Assembly (NCBI RefSeq): GCF_009914755.1
Contig: NC_060938.1
Length of the DNA stretch: 64,000 nucleotides
Reading direction: 5' to 3' (one strand)
Origin: the human T2T-CHM13v2.0 reference genome, Homo sapiens
The position numbers were made by a program, and so were the translations under genes. The notes under the pieces were generated by a model. The model searched no databases. It saw only the letters and a program-made list of their open reading frames with translations, and was not told where the DNA came from. The first letter of the stretch is position 1. Each line of letters begins with the position of its first letter. Positions 54,841 through 64,000 of the stretch are shown here, piece by piece.

Positions 54841-56624
54841 GCACAGGGAAGCATTCTAAGCTTTTGCCAGGACGCCTGCTTATTATATGCTATGGTCTGT
54901 CCAAATCTTCTGTGGCTGCCACTACAGCCTGATTTCCCTTGGAAACTTGGCAGCCCGTGAGTTATGATGGAATTCCCAGGTGATAATGTATCTAATTTCC
55001 CTCATTGTACTTCTTTTATCCTGTAATGTGCTGTTGATTCCCACGGCTGAGCTGTGATGGAGAATAGCCATTATTATTGTAATGGCATTATTCAGTCCAT
55101 TAAGACTTAAAACATACCTGGTAAAAATAGTGAAAGCTTACAAGTCTTCATAGCAATCTCAAAGACTAATAACTTAGTTGTTAGTCTTTTCCTCAAGTAA
55201 ACTTTGACAGGTGTTTGGGAATAATTCTTTCCTGGGCTGATAGTATTTGATTTGTACTATATATTGTTCTAAGTAAATGCAGGACCAATGCTCCATCCTA
55301 TTCGAAAAAAGAAAAGGGGTCTCTGTAGAGAAACTATTAAAAAAGTTTAAACAGCCTTTACAGAAACGTGGTTTGGTGGCAAAGAAAGGGAAACCACCAC
55401 CCCTTCCAAAGCTCACCAGGAGAAAAGTGAGAAATAAAATATCAAAATGAAATTGACTCCACACAAAGATATCTGATCACCAGACAAAACAAGTACCAAA
55501 GTGCAGAAAAATATTACAATAAATAACATCAGATTCTTTATTCAAGCCAGGCAAAACTTATGTAGTTTTTCCTAACCAGGTTAATTATTTTCCTCATCTT
55601 CTTTTCCTTTAATATAAAAAAGGGATATAAGAAAGCAAGCCTGAGTATATTCTTGGTTGCTCTGTTTCTTGTGTTAGCCTAGCCAGAACGAGCTACAATA
55701 GAAAGAAGTTATACTTTAGAAAACAATCTATTTAATATAATTCAATGCTACACAAAGCTTTATTTCTTAATATGGACAATTATTTGCTACTGGAAAGAAA
55801 GCAGAGCGAGATATGGCCCTTTGGGGAGATGGTTAAATAAGAAATACATTTCCAGATGATGTCACATGTAAATAGCACTCCGAAATCACTAGGCATCAAA
55901 ATTAATCAGGCTGAATCCATTGCTTTGTAAGGTGTAAATCGCTAGCCTTACTTAACCTTACTTCAGTGCTGGGACTCCCGAATCGCGAGGAAGGTATGAT
56001 TCTTATTTCTTCACACACACACAGACTGAGTGTTCTCAAGACAGGAACATGATTGAGAATGCTGGAAAAAACATTACATTAATCTACATTGTAAGAGTAC
56101 CATGCAAACATTTGCTTGTTTCCAACACCTTGTAAATGTATCTCGTTGTTGACTCAAAATGAACATTTGGTGCAGATACTGAGAAAAAAGAATGTACTTA
56201 GAACAGGGATTTCATTACTTCTCTTATAGGTCTCAGCTGTGGAGATTGTTTAGCCAACAAGAAACCCAATCTCTGTTAGGTATCTTGTCTGAGATGATAT
56301 TAAAAATATTCAACAACCAGTAGGAAATGGAACCAATGAAAATGACTCAGGTCCCCTGCTGAGACTGGCATTGACCTGTTAGTTGTTGAATTGTGGAAAG
56401 AGGGGAAAGGGACCGGATGATCGGTGGTAAGGGTATGTTTGAAGCAGTGACATTCATCATCTATTTATGCAAGTATTTTAACATTTTAATAATTGATACA
56501 GTTATCTGGGTGCATGCCAGTTGACAACTTGCCCTGCATATTGATAATTTTACCATGCAGACTCCACTCCTCAGGTAACTCTTGTTCTATTACACTGGAC
56601 TTTATCATCATGTAATCTGTCCTG

Positions 56625-56661
<37 letters not shown>

Positions 56662-56726
56662 TGAATTCTGGGGGTGTAGTAGTCCATTGTTTAGAGGGAA
56701 TTTAGAAGTTTTCCTATATTAGGAAG

Positions 56727-57520
<794 letters not shown>

Positions 57521-60500
57521 AGGAAAAGCCCCGGCAACCGAATTGTATTGTTCTGCTAGATGATGACAAGTCATAATGTAGAGAAGTTGCTCCAAAGTGG
57601 GATACATACATTGGAGGGCAGCATAGAATGAAAGTTTTAGAACATCTATTTATATTTATTTTAATCGTATTCCTTTATATTTTTGTTATAGTCTGTTTCA
57701 TAGCACATTTAGTGTATAAATATAATAATACATGTCTACGTGTTAAAAATGAATGAAAATACCTACATTGGGAGTGGGCTGAATCCACAGAAAGTTTTAC
57801 TGATGGTGGTTCAGGGAATGTAAGCAAAAGGATTTCAAACCAATGTAAGAGCATGAAATATTAATGACATGTTTCAGATAAAAATCTCTGTGTAGGTTTT
57901 TCATAGCCCCAATTCAAGTTAGACTGGGCAAGAAATGAGATTATTTAGGCAAAAAAAGGGAGGAGCACTAAATTCATCCACAATTTTAAAAGTATCTTCT
58001 TTCAGGAGGCTTTTGGACAGTAACATTTCCAAAAAAATATAGTGTTTTATGCCACAGAGAATCAAGTTGCATTGTGTATACTAAATGGTCAAGCATTTTC
58101 AAGAACATGACAAAATAAAAACATACAAATTTATATCTCAAAAGGAAAGTATCTTCTTTCATGTCAGATCATCAGCACAGAAGCCCTCGATGCATGCAAA
58201 GGCAAGCACAGGCTCTGCAGATGAGATGTGAAGAAGCAATTAGGGAAGGAAGGAAGGGACAGTTTGGATGCTGGGTCCTGACCCAGAAACAACACGGAGT
58301 AGATCTCGGATTTGCTTTTTCTTAGGTCCAATGCTAGGACGATTACTTTATCTGTGGTGAGGAATGTTATAAAAAACCATTGTTGGAATGCCACCAAAAT
58401 ACTTCTTTCCCTTTTAGCATCATCACCAAGATTCTAGAACGAAGTAATAACAGTTGCCAACCTTGAGCCATTCTCCAGCTGTTGTCATGTTTCAGTCAGA
58501 CAGGAAGTGTTGGCGAGTAATATGGGATTTATTGGGAGTGTTCCTTTACGTGAGTCCAGGAAATAAGAACTAGAGATGAGCTTGGGTGCCTCTGCTTCTT
58601 TTATTTCTATGGAACATTCTTTGGGGTCAGTTTTGAATAATCACTGGGCATTATCGGATTTCTATCACTATTTTTTGCATGTTCTTGTGATTATTCACCA
58701 GGGAACATTTTATAATACTCATATTAAATTTTTATTTCTTAATTTCTTGCCTCATTACTCCCATTTGCATTGGCTGCAGACTCTCTAAGTATTACTTTCC
58801 CTTCCTTGTGGTTCATACCCTAATCATTGAATATTGATGTTCTATTTATTTCTATGCACTCACTTTGTTTTTGACCAAGTTATATAGTTATTTGGTTTTC
58901 AGGTAATGCTTTCTTACAGTTACTCAAGAATGTATGCTAGAAAATGTTGCCCATAACTGCTTAAACATAAAAGAGGATATGTTTTCTTGTTTTCCATCTA
59001 TGTTACAGTCTGTTTCTGAAATATCCTTTATTATGAGTAGAATAAAATCTACTGGACTTGGAATCCACATTCCCTTTTAAATTAAAAGTATTCCCAGACT
59101 TTCAAATTTTACATTCCTTAGCATGATCTCTTCTCTATAAAGACAGAAGAGGGGACAGAAAATTCTGACTGATCATTTCTTGAGCTAGAAGCAGCTATAA
59201 TATTCCTGTTCTCCATCCTTTATAATTACTTTCTCATAAATACTAAACTACACCCCCCTGAGCATCTAGAAGATTTAAACACTGATCAAAGGCAGGTTTA
59301 GCTGTATCCTCAGGACAAGCTGATTCAATGAAGAAAAGCTCAGGCTCTTGGAGAGCTTTTAGAAAGAGAAATAAATTAACAATTAGCATTTAACAGCAGT
59401 AAAAACTGCTTAGCGGAAGCAGACTTGATGTTTTAGGGGATTTGAGATATTCGGAGTGATGAGATGAATAGGAAAAACTGTGTTCCAATTAGGAAGACAG
59501 AGTGAAAAGGTGTGAGATGTGGTCTTCTAGTTCATTCCACTGGTGATATAGAGCCTTTCCTGGACAGATTTTTATCTTTTTTGAGTAATTATTATCCACG
59601 TTATAATTTCATGCCTGTTGCTTTTAGGTAAGCTCAGAATTATAGTCATGGCTTGAGTAAAGATCTCATTGCAGTTGAGTACTAGCAGTACCACTACTCT
59701 TGCATGAGTTGCATTCTCTCTTGACCAGCTCTGTTAATGGGTGTCCTTATGTATGAAACTGATTTTCTTACTAATGGCAGGATTCTGTCTGGTTAGGATA
59801 TTCCCTGAAATGCCCAAGGGTGTATTTTGCTTAAAAGCAAGGCTGGCCAGAGAGGTTTGGTTTATGTATTTATTTTTAAATTTCTTTTGTACCTAGGATA
59901 ATAAATATATTCCTCTAGTCTTGGATAATAATATAAAATTACAGCCATACTGACAAAATTAAAGAAGACATTAACAAAAAATTCAGATTAAAATATAAAG
60001 TTCATGTCTTTGGCAAGTACACACAGGATTGTGGTTTTGCCCAAGGTGTCTAATTAATTACTATAATTTTTCAATTCCCTGTGTTCAATAAAAACACGTC
60101 TATGAAATGCTATTCATAAAAGCAGAACTCACTGGTCATTAAACATGCAAATATCCACGAATAAATACACAATTCTCTCTTGCAGGAAATGCTATCAGTA
60201 GACTAAATAAGTGGTGGACATTTTTCTACAGTAAGTATTTACTTTTCCTACAGTTTGATCTTAAAATACCACAGTTGGCCAGGGCCTCATGTGTTGCTGG
60301 TGCAATCTCCGCATTGTTAATGGGTATATGAAGCTCATGATGATGTCCACAAGATGATACCGCTATTGGAAAACTTCCTCATTCTTCCTGTCTAACCAGT
60401 AGCATAATGGATATGTGAATAGTGCCTGTTTTGTACATTTTCCCTCAGGTAAACTGTGATAGGCCTTTGGGAATAATTCTTTTCAAGGCCTGAAGCATTT

Positions 60501-61046
60501 AAAGTGCACTGTATATTGTTCTAAATGCAAGACCAATGCCCCATTCTATCAGAGAAAAGAAAAAGGGTATCTGTGGGAAACTATTTAAAAGATTAAAGGA
60601 GCTTTGACTGAAATGTGGTTTGGTGGCAAAGAAAGGGAAACCACCATCCCTTGGTACAGTATTAAGGCTATATCTGGGAAAACCAACAAAACGTGTCATA
60701 TGTGGATAGATCATGACACTGACACCATTAGCAAGGACTTTTTTTTTTTTTTTAACAGCATTTCTTGTGCTAGTTTCCCAGTGCCAAGAATGGCTTCTTT
60801 ATTTATTCTTGAACTCCAATACCTATCACAGTACTTGGTCCTTACTTGGTACTCAATAAATGTTTGTTGAATGAATCTATTTTTTATACTTTTGTATCAA
60901 ACTATCACATCTGAGCGATTTTGTAATTTTATTCAGCTGATGATATTCTTTATACCAGTGCAATTTTCCATATGCTCATGTGTGTTTTATTTCTCATGAT
61001 ATCAGTTTTTCTTTCTTTGAACTTTGTAGTTCCCTGAATTGCTTAG

Positions 61047-61271
61047 TATTGTTTATATATGACTAAAGGCCCAGGTGGATAAGATGGTATCTTTCTTTGT
61101 TTATTGTTTATATATGACTAAAGGTCCAGTGAAAGGTAAAAAATGAGTTTGTTAGATTTCAAAATCAGTCAAAAGGTAAAATCAGTGTGAAGATAAGATA
61201 CCATCTTATCTAACTGGACCTTTAGTCCAGTGAAAGGTGAAAAATGAGTTTGTTAGATTTCAAAATCAGTC
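61047..61271. repeat. Nested short direct and inverted duplications
   Basis: 28-bp direct pair, 47-bp direct pair and 33-bp inverted copy within 225 bp. Confidence 0.9.
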
Positions 61272-61850
61272 CTAACTAAAAACCATTTCCCCTACTGGAT
61301 GTTGTAACTCACATCATTACAATTTATGGCTTAATGAAACATTTATTTTTCTGAACAACTTGGATTTCAGTGAGCAGATTTCTTAAAATAAGGACATTCT
61401 ATTTTTCATTATAGTACTAAGAATGCTGGAACAAATATTTTTTCTACTTACATACTTGAGTTCAGTTGAATTATTTTATCAGGTATTTGCAAGATGACCT
61501 GGAATATCTTGGAAGTTATTATATGTAAATTATACATACACATATATGTGTATAGTTCCTGGCATTGGGCAACTAGTATAAGGAATGCTGCAAAAAAAAT
61601 CCTTGCTAATGGTTTCAGCATCATGATATATATATACATATATATGCATATGTGTAATTACACATATCTATATGTATAAATAACTATATTAATATACTTA
61701 TATAAGCTACTACATATTAATAAATGATCAACATACCTATATTATTTATATATAAACTATATATAAATATAACTATATATATACACACACACACATATAT
61801 ATATGTAGTTGTAGAAAGGGTCTTTTTTAGTGAATTAAGACTTCATGAAA

Positions 61851-61974
61851 GGCCAGTTATAGTGGCTCATCATGCCTGTAATCCCAGCATTCTGGGAGGC
61901 TAGAGGATCACTTGAGCCTAGTAGTTCAAGATCAGCCTGGGCAACACAGCAAGATCCCATCTTAAAATAAAAAA
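61851..61974 (+). mobile_element. FLAM/Alu monomer
   Basis: Single diverged monomer with short A tail. Confidence 0.75.
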
Positions 61975-62930
61975 GATCTCATGGTAACTAATATTTGATA
62001 TGTATGATATATGACTTTAAGCAATATTACGTGACATCACCTTTCTCACATTCTAGGTTGCTGTTTACATTTTTTGTTCAGTAATGAAACAAACTCACGA
62101 GGAAGTAAACCAATCAACATTTTATGCATGGAGTTTTCTAAATCCTTCATGTGGCTTTGGTAGCATTTTGATTAGAAGCCCTTGAATTCTGTCCTGAGTG
62201 CTTACCCATTATCTAGTGATTTACAGAGTTTACAGGAGGACACCGAAATCACAGGCTTGACCGCATTTACGGATGGCACAGATACCAGATCCAAAAAGTT
62301 TTTAATGATCTGGAACCATGAAGTGAAATAAACAAGGAGCCCAGATTTCTTGAAGACCTCCTCTATGCCAGGCATTTTATGTCTCTCAATTCTTTGAGAG
62401 AACCTATGGCATGAAGTTATTAATTTTTTTCTAGATGGCAAAACTGAAAATAAAGTATATTCAATTAATTTCTCAAGGTCATGGGATTGAAAATACTGTG
62501 ACTGAAAAAAATATTTTAAGTCTTCCTGATCCTAGAGTCTATCTTCTTACATTAAAATAAACATATTAAATAAATAAGCACAATCAGTTTAGGAAAGATT
62601 TGTTTTGATAGAAATCCATGCAAAGCAGGTCAGGGAATTTCAGTTGACCACAGATTCAATGGGGAACATCAGCTAATGAGAGAAATGTACAGTGCAAATT
62701 ATTTCATTGTACTTAGTGCTAGTCAGGCTTAATAAAGGGTATGATACTTTGGCACCTCATTGCTTTCACAAACAAGAAGGCATTCTGAGTAAGAAAACAT
62801 GAAGACAAAGATCCTAAACCTTTATCTTGTGGATGACAGCTAAGAATGCTCAGGTAAGAAATGACTGTAGTGACGGCAGGGGATGGATGAGGGCTATAAC
62901 ATCTGTTGCAATACATACACTGAATGGTGA

Positions 62931-63337
<407 letters not shown>

Positions 63338-63473
63338 TAAAAGGAAGCTCTTTAGAACACTTTGAACCTGAAAGAGTTAATGAAGCATGAGACATTAGGG
63401 TTCCCATATTTAGTTTAGATCTATGTGGCACTATTTTTAGAAGGTTACATTGTTTTTAATATTTTATATAGTA

Positions 63474-63764
63474 GGCCGGGCGTGGTGGCTCACGCCTGTA
63501 ATCCCAGCACTTTGGGAGGCCGAGGCAGGCAGATCACAAGGCCAAGAGATCGAGACCATCCTGGCCAATGTGGTGAAACCCCATCTCTACTAAAAAATAC
63601 AAAACGTAGCCGGGCGTGGCGGTGTGCGCCTGTAATCCCAGCTACTTGGGAGGCTGAGGCAGGAGAATCACTTGAACCAGGAGGCAGAGGTTGCAGTGAG
63701 CCTAGATTGCGCCACTGCACTACAGCCTGGGCAACAGAGTGAGACTTCATCTCAAAAAAAAAAA
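63474..63764 (+). mobile_element. AluSc-like
   Basis: AGAGATCGAGACCATCCTGGCCAA; TSD TTATATAGTA. Confidence 0.88.
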
Positions 63765-64000
63765 ATTATATAGTATAATTCTAATAATGGGATGCTCCAC
63801 TTCACTTGCAAGTACTTGCATATGGAGGTGTTTTTTTCCCCAGTATGAGGAGAGATCAACAGTAAATACCTATATTATTTCTATTGCTGGTCAATGCAGA
63901 AAATATTTGTTAAGCACGAAGAGTGTGGATGTGTTTGATGACTACAGAACTAAGGATTTCTCAAAGAAACAAAGAGAGAAGTCTAAGTTCAGGTGTGGAA

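Overview
Human (great-ape-type) genomic DNA from inside NRXN3, transcribed on the + strand. The only host coding exon is the neurexin-3-beta-specific first exon (CDS 20191-20437, MHLRIHARR...SLRGGH|GT), which lies in a CpG-island promoter at about 18.7-20.3 kb. The rest is intronic and rich in Alu, MaLR/ERV LTR, L2, MIR and hAT relics. The most unusual element is a young, essentially full-length L1HS (pre-Ta, ACG/G diagnostics) at 48743-54840 in which almost the whole 5'UTR is inverted. Its antisense promoter and ORF0 now point into ORF1/ORF2, while its sense promoter points down the NRXN3 sense strand. It also has a composite tail suggesting a tiny 3' transduction and a single nonsense codon in ORF2. 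The window holds many local template-switch-like scars: a 198-bp direct duplication just after the beta exon, a perfect 51-bp palindrome, a compound direct plus ~540-bp inverted duplication, and a duplication/inversion knot. Smaller candidates are an Alu-to-Alu gene conversion tract, a possible micro-retrocopy, a 45-nt in-frame cryptic exon, and uORFs abutting the beta start codon. No CRISPR, rRNA or tRNA was seen. All identifications come from reading and recall, not database searches.
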